Assembly: GCA_036704125.1 (NCBI GenBank)
Contig: DATNQI010000060.1
Location: 7,724 to 71,723 of the forward strand
Length of the DNA: 64,000 bases
Direction of reading: 5' to 3'
Source of the DNA: Pantanalinema sp.
GTDB lineage: Bacteria > Cyanobacteriota > Sericytochromatia > S15B-MN24 > UBA4093
Shown here piece by piece: positions 28,329 through 37,581 of this stretch (its first letter is position 1; each line of letters starts with the position of its first letter). The notes under the pieces are model-generated. The model ran no database searches. It was given only the letters and a program-made list of their open reading frames with translations, and was not told the DNA's origin. The position numbers were made by a program, and so were the translations under genes.

Positions 28329-29800
28329 TTTTGCCTCCAGAAGGGCGCGATCGGGGAAGACGCGAGGCCGAAGGCCGCGAGCACCAGGTGCGCCACGTCG
28401 CTGGTGCGCGCGGGTGCCATGAGCGGCGGAAGCCCCACCGTCAATAATGGGACCATGGAGTCCTCTTTCGCAAGGCTGCCGTGATTGCCCTTGCCCATGG
28501 TGAAGCCCGTCGTGAACTCGTAGCCCCGCCGGGCCGTGATGACCACGTCCGCCCCGCCGTCGAGGGCGTCTGCGAGCCGCGACAGGGCGTCGGGGTACTC
28601 CCGGTAGTCGATCCGGCCAAGAGCCGGCAGCCGCACATCCAGCACCGCGGGGTCCCCCGAGAGGTCCCAGGCGCGCCCGTGCGGATCGCGGCGGGCACCC
28701 CCCTCGCGCCAGCGCACGACCCGGGCGCTCCCGGCGCTCATGGCGCAGTAGCCCCCCCCCTCGCGCCAGGCGATCTGGTCCACGCTCGGCCAGAGCGCGA
28801 CCTGCTCCAGCACGTCGGCGAGCCTGCCAGGATCGCGCAGGTAGATGAGCGCCGAGCGGTCGTTGGGGGCGATCGCGAGATCCGCCGAGCGCGCGCTCAG
28901 GCCCCCCACCGCCAAGGGAGCCACCATGAGGCCCTTGAAGGCCTTGAGGACGTTGACGGCGTAGCCCGGCACGCCGCCGATGGGGCTCTGGGCGTGATCG
29001 CCGACCAGGATCCAGCGGGCCTCGCTGATCGCCTTCTCCCAGGAGCCGTAGGCGTCCATCAGCTTGGCGAGCTGACGGTCGATGATCGAGAGGCTGTAGG
29101 CGCAGCCCATGGGCCCGGCGTGGTGGGAGCGCAGGTCGTGCTCGTTGAGGTAGACGAGGCTGAAGTCGGGGCGCAAGCGCTTGATCATGGCGGCCCCGTA
29201 GTCCCCCGCCCGGTCGTCGTTGATCCCGAAGCGGCCGAAAAGCCCCTGCCTGCCGAAGCCCCGCATGGGCACGAAGTCGCCCAGGTAGCAGTGGCGCGGC
29301 CCGCTCACGGCGAGATCCGGCGCCATCCCCGCGAGCCAGCAGATGGGCCATGGTAGCGTCGCCCGGTGAAGGCACGCCCCGCGGGTGATGGGGAAGTTGA
29401 CGTTGCCGCAGACCAGGCCCGCCCCCTCGAGGACCTCGAAGACCGTGGGGGTCGCCGCGCTGAGGTGCGCGCCGTTGAGGTGGACGAAGATGTCGCGCAG
29501 CACGCGCGGCATGGTGCCCATGACCAGGCTCTGGTGCGAGGGCCAGTAGTGGACGTAGCGGTCCTCCTCGCGGTGGTACCACATGATGCCTCGGATGCCG
29601 TGAGCGCTCGGCATGGCCCCGGTCACCAGCGTGCTCAGCGCGCTCGGGGTGACGGTCGGGAAGGTCGAGACGCACTCCAGGTCGAGCGCACCCGCCGCGG
29701 CCAGGAAGGAGAAAGCAGGCAAGCGATCGCGCTCCTGCTGGAGCAAGGCCGGGTGCCAGCCGTCGATCACGATCAGGTGCAGGGGGCGCGTGTCTCGCAT
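28304..29800 (-). CDS. Alkaline phosphatase superfamily protein (type I phosphodiesterase/nucleotide pyrophosphatase-like)
   Basis: Starts MRDTRPLHLIVIDGWHP. Nucleophile region FPTVTPSALSTLVTG, later VGDHAQ and GNHGSL metal-ligand motifs. Confidence 0.75.
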   Translation of the reverse strand: MRDTRPLHLIVIDGWHPALLQQERDRLPAFSFLAAAGALDLECVSTFPTVTPSALSTLVTGAMPSAHGIRGIMWYHREEDRYVHYWPSHQSLVMGTMPRVLRDIFVHLNGAHLSAATPTVFEVLEGAGLVCGNVNFPITRGACLHRATLPWPICWLAGMAPDLAVSGPRHCYLGDFVPMRGFGRQGLFGRFGINDDRAGDYGAAMIKRLRPDFSLVYLNEHDLRSHHAGPMGCAYSLSIIDRQLAKLMDAYGSWEKAISEARWILVGDHAQSPIGGVPGYAVNVLKAFKGLMVAPLAVGGLSARSADLAIAPNDRSALIYLRDPGRLADVLEQVALWPSVDQIAWREGGGYCAMSAGSARVVRWREGGARRDPHGRAWDLSGDPAVLDVRLPALGRIDYREYPDALSRLADALDGGADVVITARRGYEFTTGFTMGKGNHGSLAKEDSMVPLLTVGLPPLMAPARTSDVAHLVLAAFGLASSPIAPFWRQKWSSSVSG

Positions 29801-29984
29801 GGGGCATGCCTCGCTCGACGCACCGCGGCGCCGTCCCGATGCGCTTAATCTTATGTAACAATCCGCCCGTGCGTCAAGCGCAGAGCGGCTTAGCCAATGT
29901 TGTCCGGGGCGCCCCATGGCCCTAGACTGGGCGTGCGATCCCCGCCGCGAACCGGAAGGCGGCACCTCTGTGGGAGGGCCCGTC

Positions 29985-30251
29985 ATGGAAAAGGTCTACC
30001 TGGCCAGCAAGGTGCGCACCGCGCTCGCGACCGACGAGCGGGTCGGCATGACCGACCTGCGGGTCCAGTTCACCCCCGAGGGGCGCGGGGTGGTCACCGG
30101 CGAGGTCAACTCGGACGAGCAGCGCCGGGCCGTCAGCGCGGTCCTGCACGCCCTGCCCGAGGCGCGCGACTTCCTCAACCGCACCCACGTCCGCACCGTG
30201 CGCGCCCCGGAGCAGGCCGAGGTGATCCTGCCCGGAGGTCACGCGCCATGA
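29985..30251 (+). CDS. BON domain protein
   Basis: 88 aa with GGGAGGG upstream of ATG 29985. The pattern KVRTALATDERVGMTDLRVQF..GVVTGEVNSDEQRRAV fits a BON domain. Confidence 0.6.
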   Translation: MEKVYLASKVRTALATDERVGMTDLRVQFTPEGRGVVTGEVNSDEQRRAVSAVLHALPEARDFLNRTHVRTVRAPEQAEVILPGGHAP

Positions 30252-30985
30252 TCCGCCTGGCCGCGAGCGCAGACCTCCACTGCCGCGCGGACGCGGTTGG
30301 CCTGTTCGCCCCCTGGTTCGCCAAGCTCAACCAGGAGGCCGACCTCCTCTTGCTGGCGGGGGATCTGACCAACTGGGGCGAGGAGGCCGAGGCCGTGGCT
30401 CTCGCCACCGAGCTCGCCAGCCTCTCGATCCCGGTGCTGTGCGTCCTGGGCAACCACGACTACCACGCCGAGCGCCCCCAGGTGGTCCGCGAGCGCCTGG
30501 AAGAGGCGGGGGCCGTCGTGCTCGAGAAGGAAGCGACGGTGGTCGAGGTCCGGGGGCAGACCCTCGGGGTGGTGGGGACCAAGGGGTTCGCCGGGGGCTT
30601 CGGCCAGGCGTGCATCGCCCCTTTCGGGGAGCCCGAGATCAAGCAGTTCATGCGCGAGACCTACGCCTGCGCGGAGGCCATCGAGCAAGGCTTGACCGGC
30701 CTCGAGACCGACTACCGGGTGGTGCTCCTGCACTACTCGCCGATCCCCGAGACCCTGAAAGGGGAGAGCGTGGGGGTGTACCCGTTCCTCGGCTCGTCGA
30801 TCCTCGGCGAGCCGATCGACGCGTGCGGGGCGGATCTGGTCCTCCACGGCCACGCCCACCGCGGCACCGAGCACGGTCAGACCCCGGGCGGGATCCCGGT
30901 GCGCAACTGCTCGATCCCGGTTCTGGGCCGCCCGTACGCGCTGTACGAGCTGCAGCGCTTCGAGGAGCCCGCCCTCAGGCGCTGA
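30248..30985 (+). CDS. Metallophosphoesterase
   Basis: ATGA overlap with the BON gene. Motifs SADLHC, GDLTNWG, GNHDYH and HGHAH. Confidence 0.85.
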   Translation: MIRLAASADLHCRADAVGLFAPWFAKLNQEADLLLLAGDLTNWGEEAEAVALATELASLSIPVLCVLGNHDYHAERPQVVRERLEEAGAVVLEKEATVVEVRGQTLGVVGTKGFAGGFGQACIAPFGEPEIKQFMRETYACAEAIEQGLTGLETDYRVVLLHYSPIPETLKGESVGVYPFLGSSILGEPIDACGADLVLHGHAHRGTEHGQTPGGIPVRNCSIPVLGRPYALYELQRFEEPALRR

Positions 30986-30990
30986 GGGCC

Positions 30991-31665
30991 TCAGGCCCCG
31001 AGGGGCACGTCCTTGAGCAGCGACGCCACCACCCAGCCAGGCACCGCCTCGACCCCGAGGTCCGCCTGGGCGTACAGCGCGAACGACAGGGTCCGGCGCG
31101 CGTGCTCGGGCCGGATCCGGCCCAGGAAGTACGCCCAGTCGAAGGGGATCGGCGGCCCTGAGAGCATCGAGAGGCCGTCGTACCAGTCCCTTCGCTCCTC
31201 GCGGTGGGAGAGGATCTTGCGGAACAGGACGTCCTCTGGGCCCATCAGGGTGAACAGGCGGCCGTCGATCTCGTGGACGCGCGTGCGGGCGAAGGTCTCG
31301 GCGTCCAGCCGCACATTGCCCGTCGTCCAGACGATCAGATCGATCAGCACCCCGTACTTGAAGGCCTTGTAGAGCCAGCTCGCGTCGGTGTCGCGCGTGT
31401 GGAAGCCATGCTTGCCCAGCGCGTCCATGGCCACGAAGGGGATCTTCGGCGGCAGGAACAGGTCGATGTCCTTGGTGCAGCGGCGGCGCCCGTAGGCCCA
31501 GACGGCGACCCCTCCGCCCACCATGTACGGCACCCCGGCCCTGGTCAGGATCTCGCACGCCTCGTGCCCGGCGGACAGGAGGCGATGGTCGTCCGGAACT
31601 TGAGGCGTCGCGGCAGGCGGACCACTCGCCAGGAGGCGGCGCGCCTCGGGCATGGCGTCAAACAT
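30991..31665 (-). CDS. Nucleotidyltransferase-fold family protein
   Basis: 224 aa from ATG 31665. GVPYMVGGGVAVWAYGRRRCTKDIDLFL resembles the GG..x..DxD minimal nucleotidyltransferase signature. The upstream part of the track ORF is a shadow. Confidence 0.55.
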   Translation of the reverse strand: MFDAMPEARRLLASGPPAATPQVPDDHRLLSAGHEACEILTRAGVPYMVGGGVAVWAYGRRRCTKDIDLFLPPKIPFVAMDALGKHGFHTRDTDASWLYKAFKYGVLIDLIVWTTGNVRLDAETFARTRVHEIDGRLFTLMGPEDVLFRKILSHREERRDWYDGLSMLSGPPIPFDWAYFLGRIRPEHARRTLSFALYAQADLGVEAVPGWVVASLLKDVPLGA

Positions 31666-31753
31666 GCGCGGGAGAATAGCACGCTTCACAAAAAGAGACA
31701 ATGGCCGGCCAGCGGCGTTGCTTCGTTGACGCGGGGGCTCGGACCCGGTTAGC

Positions 31754-33565
31754 ATGGGAGGTCCCTGCCTCACCGCGGCGGGCCCCCGGCGATGGAGAAA
31801 AAGGATCCTGGCGTTGCTCACCTCCCGACTCACCCCGGCGCTCCTCGCCCTGACTCTCGGCAGCGCCCTCGCCGCCCCCGCGTTCGCGGGCCCCCTCGAA
31901 AATCGGCTCTCGGTCCTGCGCGAGCGCCATGCGAAGATCGAGAGCCGCCTTTCCTTCGCCAGGAGCCGCATGCTCGACGTCCCGGCGGAGCGCGCCGAGG
32001 TGGACCTCGCGGTGGGCAAGATGGCCCTGGACACCGCCGGGCTCCTGCTCGAGATGCGCGAGGACCCCAAGCGGGTGCAGGGGTGGCTGGACAAGGCCGG
32101 CGAACGCCTGGACGCCTCGTACCTCGGGACCCTTCCCTCGCGCGGCGTCGAGGCCCGGGGCCTCTTCATCGACATGTCGTCGCTGCCCAGGACCAGAGAG
32201 GGCATCCGCGAGCTGGTCGGGCGCCTGTCGCGCGCCAACTTCAACATGATCATCCCCGAGGTGTTCCGGCGCGGCTACACCCTCTACCCCAGCCGCTTCA
32301 CCGACAAGGACCCCGAGTTCGCCGGGCTCGACTTCGACCCCTTCCGGACGCTCGTGAGCGAGGCGCACCAGGCCGGCATCGAGGTCCATCCCTGGATCTG
32401 GACCTTCCGCGTCAAGAGCCCCGGCTTCGGCGACCCGGTGCTCTCGCGCCTGCCGGCGCTCGCCGCCCGCAGCGCCAGGACGACCGAGCCGCGCTTCCTC
32501 TCGCCCGCCGATCCGCGCGCGCGCGAGTGGGTCTTCGGCCTGGTGGACGAGCTGATCGACCGCTACGACGTGGACGGGCTGTTGCTCGACTACATCCGCT
32601 ACGACGAGGAGACCCCCGACGACTGGATCAGCCAGACCACCTTCGGGCTCGAGCACTACGCCCGGCACGGCGTCTTTCCCCCCTCGCCCATCAAGCCCAA
32701 CACCCCCGCCTGGATCGAGTACCAGCTCTGGCGCGAGCAGCAGGTCAACCTGACGGTCCAGACCATCGCCCAGCGCCTCAAGCTCAAGAATCCCGACCTG
32801 CAGCTCTCGGTCTCGACCTTCCGCGGCGAGCGCTACGGCCGCCTCAACAAGATGCAGCACTGGCGCCACTGGTCCAACAACGGCTGGACCGACTTCGTCA
32901 CGTCGATGCTCTACACCGCGAAGACCTCGGACCTCGGCACCTGGCTCAACTGGGAGACGGACGCCGGCAGCCGGACCAACTTGCTGTACGCCATCCTGGG
33001 CCCGCACCGCATGACCGATCCCATCCCGCAGACCCTCGAGCAGATCGAGTTCCTGAACCAGCGGCAAGCGCCCGCCGTGCTGTTCTTCGCCCTCTCCCAC
33101 CTCAAGCCCGGCACCCTCGAGGCCCTGGCGGCGGGCCCGTTCCGCAGGCCAGCCATGAACCCCGGCCGCAGGCTCATCCCCGCCGCGCGCCGGGTGCTCT
33201 CCGAGCTGGACAACGCCTACCTCGGCCCGGTCCAGGCCGGAGCCGACGAAGGCACGGCGGCGAGCGTCGCGGTCCTGCGCGGCGAGCTGAAGAAGATCCA
33301 GCGATCGCTTCCTCTCACGGCGACGCCGTACCACCAGAACGCCGCGCTGGTGAAGCGCCTGGAGGCGGTAGAGGCCCTCGCCCGCCAGATGGCCCAGCAG
33401 CGCGTCCTGAGCGCCCCGGTGAGCGACGAGATCACCCACCGCCTGGGCTACGCCACGGTGCTGGTCCAGGCGAACGCCCAGCGCCTGGGGGCCACCCGCT
33501 CGGTGCCCTCGAGCCAGCCGCCCGCGAGCCCCCCCCTGATCGAGGCGCCCGAGCAGCGCGATTGA
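31754..33565 (+). CDS. Glycoside hydrolase-like family 10 (GHL10/DUF187, YngK-like) secreted protein
   Basis: Signal peptide ..LALTLGSALAAPAFA. RGLFIDMSS..ANFNMIIPEVFRRGYTLYPS..DPFRTLVSEAHQAGIEVHPWIW is typical of GHL10 TIM-barrel proteins. Confidence 0.75.
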   Translation: MGGPCLTAAGPRRWRKRILALLTSRLTPALLALTLGSALAAPAFAGPLENRLSVLRERHAKIESRLSFARSRMLDVPAERAEVDLAVGKMALDTAGLLLEMREDPKRVQGWLDKAGERLDASYLGTLPSRGVEARGLFIDMSSLPRTREGIRELVGRLSRANFNMIIPEVFRRGYTLYPSRFTDKDPEFAGLDFDPFRTLVSEAHQAGIEVHPWIWTFRVKSPGFGDPVLSRLPALAARSARTTEPRFLSPADPRAREWVFGLVDELIDRYDVDGLLLDYIRYDEETPDDWISQTTFGLEHYARHGVFPPSPIKPNTPAWIEYQLWREQQVNLTVQTIAQRLKLKNPDLQLSVSTFRGERYGRLNKMQHWRHWSNNGWTDFVTSMLYTAKTSDLGTWLNWETDAGSRTNLLYAILGPHRMTDPIPQTLEQIEFLNQRQAPAVLFFALSHLKPGTLEALAAGPFRRPAMNPGRRLIPAARRVLSELDNAYLGPVQAGADEGTAASVAVLRGELKKIQRSLPLTATPYHQNAALVKRLEAVEALARQMAQQRVLSAPVSDEITHRLGYATVLVQANAQRLGATRSVPSSQPPASPPLIEAPEQRD

Positions 33566-33588
33566 TGATCGAACCGAGGAGGCCACCC

Positions 33589-34353
33589 ATGCTTCGATTG
33601 ACCACGCATCCCACGCTCCAGCCGGCCCGCGCGGTCGTCTTCGACAAGGACGGGGTGCTCGTCGACTTCGCCCCGTTCTGGCGCGCCGTGGTGCGCGCGC
33701 GGATCGACGCCCTCTTGGGCCTCGCGGGGCTGGGCGAGGCGGAAAGGGGCCTGCTCACCGAGCTCTTCGGCATCCGAGAAGGCCGGATCGACCCTACGGG
33801 GCCGCTGGCCATGGGGGCCCGCGTCGAGGCCCTGACGCTCTCGGCGGGCTTCCTGTATTCGCGCGGCTTCGACTGGCTCGAGGCGCGAAGCCTCTCGGAA
33901 AGCGCCTTCCAGGCGGGGGAGGATGGGGTGTCGCCGGCCGACCACGTCCAGGCGCCGGGCCCCATCCGCCCCGCCCTCGAGAAGCTCGTGGCACGGGGGG
34001 CCAAGCTCGCCGTCGCCACCTCCGACACGACCGCCAACGCCCGGCGCGACCTTGCGCTGCTCGGGATCTCCCACTGCTTCTCGGCGGTCTTCGGCGCGGA
34101 CGCGGTCGCGCGCAACAAGCCCCACCCGGACATGCTGCATGCGGCCTGCGACGCGCTCGGCGTGGAGCCGCACGAGACCTGGATGGTCGGCGACGGCCTC
34201 AACGACATGCGCATGGCGCGTCATGCGCGCGCGGCCGGCGCGATCGCCGTGGCCTCCGGCATCACGCCGGCCGCCTGGCTCGCGCCCGAAGCGGACTGCG
34301 TCCTCTCGGGGGTCTGGGAGCTCGAAACCCTGCTCGTGCCCGGCGAGGGCTAG
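33589..34353 (+). CDS. HAD-superfamily hydrolase (phosphoglycolate phosphatase-like)
   Basis: GAGGAGG upstream of ATG 33589. Motif I VVFDKDGVLVD, motif II ATSD, motif III/IV K..GDGLNDMRMA. The other ~600 codons of the 853-aa track ORF are a shadow. Confidence 0.85.
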   Translation: MLRLTTHPTLQPARAVVFDKDGVLVDFAPFWRAVVRARIDALLGLAGLGEAERGLLTELFGIREGRIDPTGPLAMGARVEALTLSAGFLYSRGFDWLEARSLSESAFQAGEDGVSPADHVQAPGPIRPALEKLVARGAKLAVATSDTTANARRDLALLGISHCFSAVFGADAVARNKPHPDMLHAACDALGVEPHETWMVGDGLNDMRMARHARAAGAIAVASGITPAAWLAPEADCVLSGVWELETLLVPGEG

Positions 34354-34432
34354 AGCAGGGTTTCGAGCGTCAGGCCGGGGCTAAGCGCATCCAGCAAGAC
34401 CAGGCATGTGATGAATGGTTTTTCCGGACCCT

Positions 34433-34879
34433 CTAGGCCTTCTCGGCATGCTTGACGATGAGCACCGAGCACGGCGCATGGGAGGCCACCCGCGACGAAA
34501 CGCTGCCCAGGAAGAAGCGCGCCAGGCCGGTACGGCCGTGGGAGCCGACCACGATCAGGTCGGCCTTGAGCTGCTCGGCCGCATCCAGGATCACCGACGC
34601 GGGGTCGCCCTCTGCCACCTTCGGGGCGACCTTGAAGCCCTGCGCCTCGAGGATCCGCGCCCCCTCCTCGGCGAAGCCCTTCGCCTCGTCGTGCATCTGG
34701 ACGCCCAGCTGGGCATAATCGACGTAAGGGGGGCCCATCATTCCGAAGCCCCCGCCGCCGGGGCTGGGGTAGGCTGCGAGGAGGACCACCTCGGTGCCCT
34801 CGCGTGGGAGCAAGTTACCGAGACGTCGCAGGGCCTCGAGCGAGAAAGGGGAGCCGTCGGTGGTGGTGAGCACCTTCAT
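34433..34879 (-). CDS. Universal stress protein family
   Basis: 148 aa from ATG 34879 with GGAGG upstream. Carries the USP ATP-binding motif VVGSHGRTGLARFFLGSVSSRV. Confidence 0.85.
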   Translation of the reverse strand: MKVLTTTDGSPFSLEALRRLGNLLPREGTEVVLLAAYPSPGGGGFGMMGPPYVDYAQLGVQMHDEAKGFAEEGARILEAQGFKVAPKVAEGDPASVILDAAEQLKADLIVVGSHGRTGLARFFLGSVSSRVASHAPCSVLIVKHAEKA

Positions 34880-34923
34880 TGATAGCCTCCTGCTAGCATG
34901 CTTGTACGAGCGCCAGCATAACA

Positions 34924-34958
34924 TGACGCCAAGCGACCCATCGCGTAAGATGGCGTCA
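34924..34958 (+). promoter_or_regulatory. Candidate ribD promoter embedded in an inverted repeat
   Basis: TGACGC (34924-34929), 16-nt spacer, TAAGAT (34946-34951). The 7-nt inverted repeat TGACGCC / GGCGTCA brackets the element. Confidence 0.25.
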
Positions 34959-34987
34959 CCCAGAAGCAACAGGGAGTCGAACCAACC

Positions 34988-36112
34988 ATGAACTCCGATT
35001 CCGTCTTCATGCAGCGGGCCATCGAGCTGGCGCTTCAAGGGCGCGGCTGGACCAGCCCCCACCCCATGGCCGGCGCCGTCGTCACCCAGGGCGACCAGAT
35101 CGTCGGCGAAGGCTTCTACCTCCAGGCGGGCCAGCCCCATGCCGAGCGCTGCGCGCTGGACGCGGCGGGCGAGGCGGCCAGGGGCGGCACCCTCTACACG
35201 ACCATCGAGCCGTGCCACCACGCGGGCCGAGAGTCGCCCTGCGTCGAGCGAATCCTCGAGGCGGGGCTCTCGCGGGTCGTGATCGCCCACGAGGACGGCA
35301 TCCCCGCCACCGCGGGCCGCGGCATCCGCGCGCTCGAGGAGGCCGGCCTCGAGGTCACGGTCGGCGTCGAGCGCGAGGCGGCCCGGCGCCTCAACGAGGT
35401 CTTCTTCAAGTACAGCGCGACCCGGCGCCCGTTCGTCGCCCTGCGCAGCGCGATGAGCCTCGACGGCAAGATCGCGACCGCCGTCGGCGAGCGTGACTAC
35501 ATCGGCGGGCACGAGGCCCGGGCGCACCTGCACCAGCTGCGCGGGACCTACGACGCGGTGCTCGTCGGCGTCACCACCCTGATCCAGGACGACCCGGACA
35601 TCCATTGCATGCTGCCCCGCTCGCGCACCCCCCTGCGGGTCGTCGTCGACTCGCTGGCGCGCACGCCCCTGAGCTGCAAGATGCTGAGCAAGCAGCAAGG
35701 AACGGGGCGCCTTCGCCCCAGCACCCTGGTGGCAGTCACCCGGTACGCCCCCGAGGATCGCATCCGGGCCCTCCAGGCCCTGGGCGCCGAGATCCTCGTC
35801 TGCCCCGAGATTTCAAGCGGCCTCGAGTCCCACGTGGACCTCAACAAGCTGATGCAGATCCTCAGCCGGCGCGGCATCACGAGCGTGCTGGTCGAGGGCG
35901 GCGGCAACCTCAACGCCGCGGCCCTCCACGCCGGCATCGTGGACAAGCTCTACTGCACCATCGCCCCCATGATCATCGGCGGCCAGTCGGCGCTGACCCC
36001 GGTCGAGGGGCTCGGGGTCTCCCTGGTCGAGGAGGCGCTGCCCCTCTACGACATGCGCAGCCGATCCATGGGGAGCGACCTGCTCATCGAGGCCTATCTG
36101 CACGAGGTCTAG
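34988..36112 (+). CDS. ribD: Bifunctional riboflavin biosynthesis deaminase/reductase
   Basis: Deaminase motifs PHAERCAL and EPCHHAGRESPC. C-terminal RibD reductase-like domain (RPFVALRSAMSLDGKIA..VLVEGGGNLN). Confidence 0.9.
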   Translation: MNSDSVFMQRAIELALQGRGWTSPHPMAGAVVTQGDQIVGEGFYLQAGQPHAERCALDAAGEAARGGTLYTTIEPCHHAGRESPCVERILEAGLSRVVIAHEDGIPATAGRGIRALEEAGLEVTVGVEREAARRLNEVFFKYSATRRPFVALRSAMSLDGKIATAVGERDYIGGHEARAHLHQLRGTYDAVLVGVTTLIQDDPDIHCMLPRSRTPLRVVVDSLARTPLSCKMLSKQQGTGRLRPSTLVAVTRYAPEDRIRALQALGAEILVCPEISSGLESHVDLNKLMQILSRRGITSVLVEGGGNLNAAALHAGIVDKLYCTIAPMIIGGQSALTPVEGLGVSLVEEALPLYDMRSRSMGSDLLIEAYLHEV

Positions 36113-36146
36113 CCCTTCGGTCCCGCCCTTCGTCAGGCCCCGCGCC

Positions 36147-36178
36147 GCGCCCCCCGATCTCGGGGGGCGCATGTTTTC
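36147..36178 (+). terminator. Rho-independent terminator after ribD
   Basis: Arms GCGCCCCCCGA / TCGGGGGGCGC followed by ATGTTTTC. Confidence 0.7.
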
Positions 36179-36188
36179 GAGGGGATGT

Positions 36189-36286
36189 GGTTAAGGTTTG
36201 GTTAAATAATTACTTAAGGGCAGTTTAAGGGTTGCTTATGCCAATGTGAAGTGGTACATTAACCCCAAGTTAATCTTGAATTAACT
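36189..36286. promoter_or_regulatory. AT-rich tract with phased TTAA-type motifs upstream of the S8 protease gene
   Basis: TTAA cores start at 36191, 36202, 36214, 36225, 36259, 36270 and 36281. In-phase degenerate TTAT (36236) and TGAA (36247) give spacings of 11-12 bp throughout. Confidence 0.5.
36232..36260 (+). promoter_or_regulatory. Candidate sigma70-type promoter of the S8 protease gene
   Basis: TTGCTT (36232-36237), 17-nt spacer, TACATT (36255-36260), about 70 nt upstream of the ATG. Confidence 0.35.
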
Positions 36287-36329
36287 CTCGACCGCGATTC
36301 CGTCCACCCCCCCTGCTAAGGAGAAGTCG

Positions 36330-37562
36330 ATGACGCTCATTCGCAAGCCTGTTGCCCTCGCCTCGGTCCTCGCCGCCATGACCGCCCTGTCGCTCACCGG
36401 CTGCGGCATGAGCACCGGCGCCGCCATCGGCAACACCGGCTCGAACGCGGCGATCAACGCCGAATCGGTCCCCAGCCAGGTCCTCGTCAAGTTCAAGACC
36501 GGCGCTCAGTCGCTCGGCCTCACCCGCGACCTCGGCGCCAAGACCGTCCGCTCCAACAGCAAGATCGGCATGCAGCTGATCACGGTGAAGGGTGACGTCG
36601 CCACCGCCATCTCGAAGCTGAAGGCTTCCGGCATGGTCGAGTACGCCGAGCCCAACTACGTCGTCCGCGCTTCGGACTACACCGTCCAGGCCGAGGTCAA
36701 CGACCCCATGGCCAAGGACCAGTACACCCTCGACAAGGTGCAGGCCCGCCAGGCCTGGGACCTCTCGATGGGCTCGTCGAAGACGGTGCTCGCCATCGTC
36801 GACACGGGCGTCGACCACACCCACCCCGACCTCGCCGGCCGCGTCCTCAAGGGCCACGACTTCGTGAACAACGACGACGACGCGATGGACGATCAGGGCC
36901 ACGGCACCCACTGCGCCGGTATCGCCGCGGCCTCGGCCAACAACAGCGTGGGCATCGCCGGTATCGCCCCCAAGGTGACCATCCTCGCGGTCAAGGTCCT
37001 CTCGAAGTCGGGCAGCGGCTCGTATGAGGGCGTCGCCCAGGGCATCGTCTACGCCGCCGACCAGGGCGCGCAGGTCATCTCGATGAGCCTCGGCGGTCCC
37101 ACCTCGTCCCAGGCGGTCGAGGATGCGGTCAAGTACGCGATGAGCAAGGGCACCGTCGTGGTCGCCGCGATGGGCAACGACGGCCGTGAGACCAAGAGCT
37201 ATCCCGCTGCGATCCCCGGCGTGATCGGCGTCGGCTCGACCGATGCCGCCGACCAGAAGTCGAACTTCTCGAACATGGGCAGCCACATCTCGATCTCGGC
37301 CCCCGGCAGCAACATCCTCTCGACCCTCCCGATGGCCGCCAACCCCATCGGCAAGACCCAGTACGGCTCGCTCTCGGGCACCTCGATGGCCTGCCCCGCC
37401 GCCGCCGGTCTCGCCGCTCTGGTCCGCGACAAGTACCCCTCGCTCGACATCAACGGCGTCCGCGCCAAGCTCGAGCAGAGCGCCCAGGACCTCGGCACCG
37501 CCGGCTTCGACAAGAGCTTCGGCCACGGCCGGATCAACGCCTTCAAGGCCCTCTCGATCTAA
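36330..37562 (+). CDS. S8 family subtilisin-like serine protease (lipoprotein)
   Basis: AAGGAGAAG RBS. Lipobox LSLTGCG. Catalytic triad motifs AIVDTGVD, HGTHCAGI and GTSMACP. Confidence 0.9.
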   Translation: MTLIRKPVALASVLAAMTALSLTGCGMSTGAAIGNTGSNAAINAESVPSQVLVKFKTGAQSLGLTRDLGAKTVRSNSKIGMQLITVKGDVATAISKLKASGMVEYAEPNYVVRASDYTVQAEVNDPMAKDQYTLDKVQARQAWDLSMGSSKTVLAIVDTGVDHTHPDLAGRVLKGHDFVNNDDDAMDDQGHGTHCAGIAAASANNSVGIAGIAPKVTILAVKVLSKSGSGSYEGVAQGIVYAADQGAQVISMSLGGPTSSQAVEDAVKYAMSKGTVVVAAMGNDGRETKSYPAAIPGVIGVGSTDAADQKSNFSNMGSHISISAPGSNILSTLPMAANPIGKTQYGSLSGTSMACPAAAGLAALVRDKYPSLDINGVRAKLEQSAQDLGTAGFDKSFGHGRINAFKALSI

Positions 37563-37581
37563 ACCTCTCGGCCCCTCATTC

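Noticed and set aside
27942-29861. 639-aa minus-strand ORF. Similar N-terminal over-extensions occur at 5956, 10018, 10443, 20595, 29897, 30991, 34433, 44186, 53395, 54300, 58132, 58818 and 60321.
   Set aside because: The recognisable protein begins at an internal start with an RBS, often overlapping the upstream stop. The extensions run out of frame through the preceding gene.
31792-34353. 853-aa plus-strand ORF
   Set aside because: Only the last ~254 codons (from ATG 33589, with GAGGAGG RBS) encode a recognisable HAD hydrolase. The upstream part is an out-of-frame overlap with the GHL10 gene and is Arg/Pro/Gly-rich.
34880-34987. FMN riboswitch upstream of ribD
   Set aside because: The intergenic region is only 108 nt and is shared with the divergent usp promoter. 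I could not find the conserved FMN-element helices or motifs.
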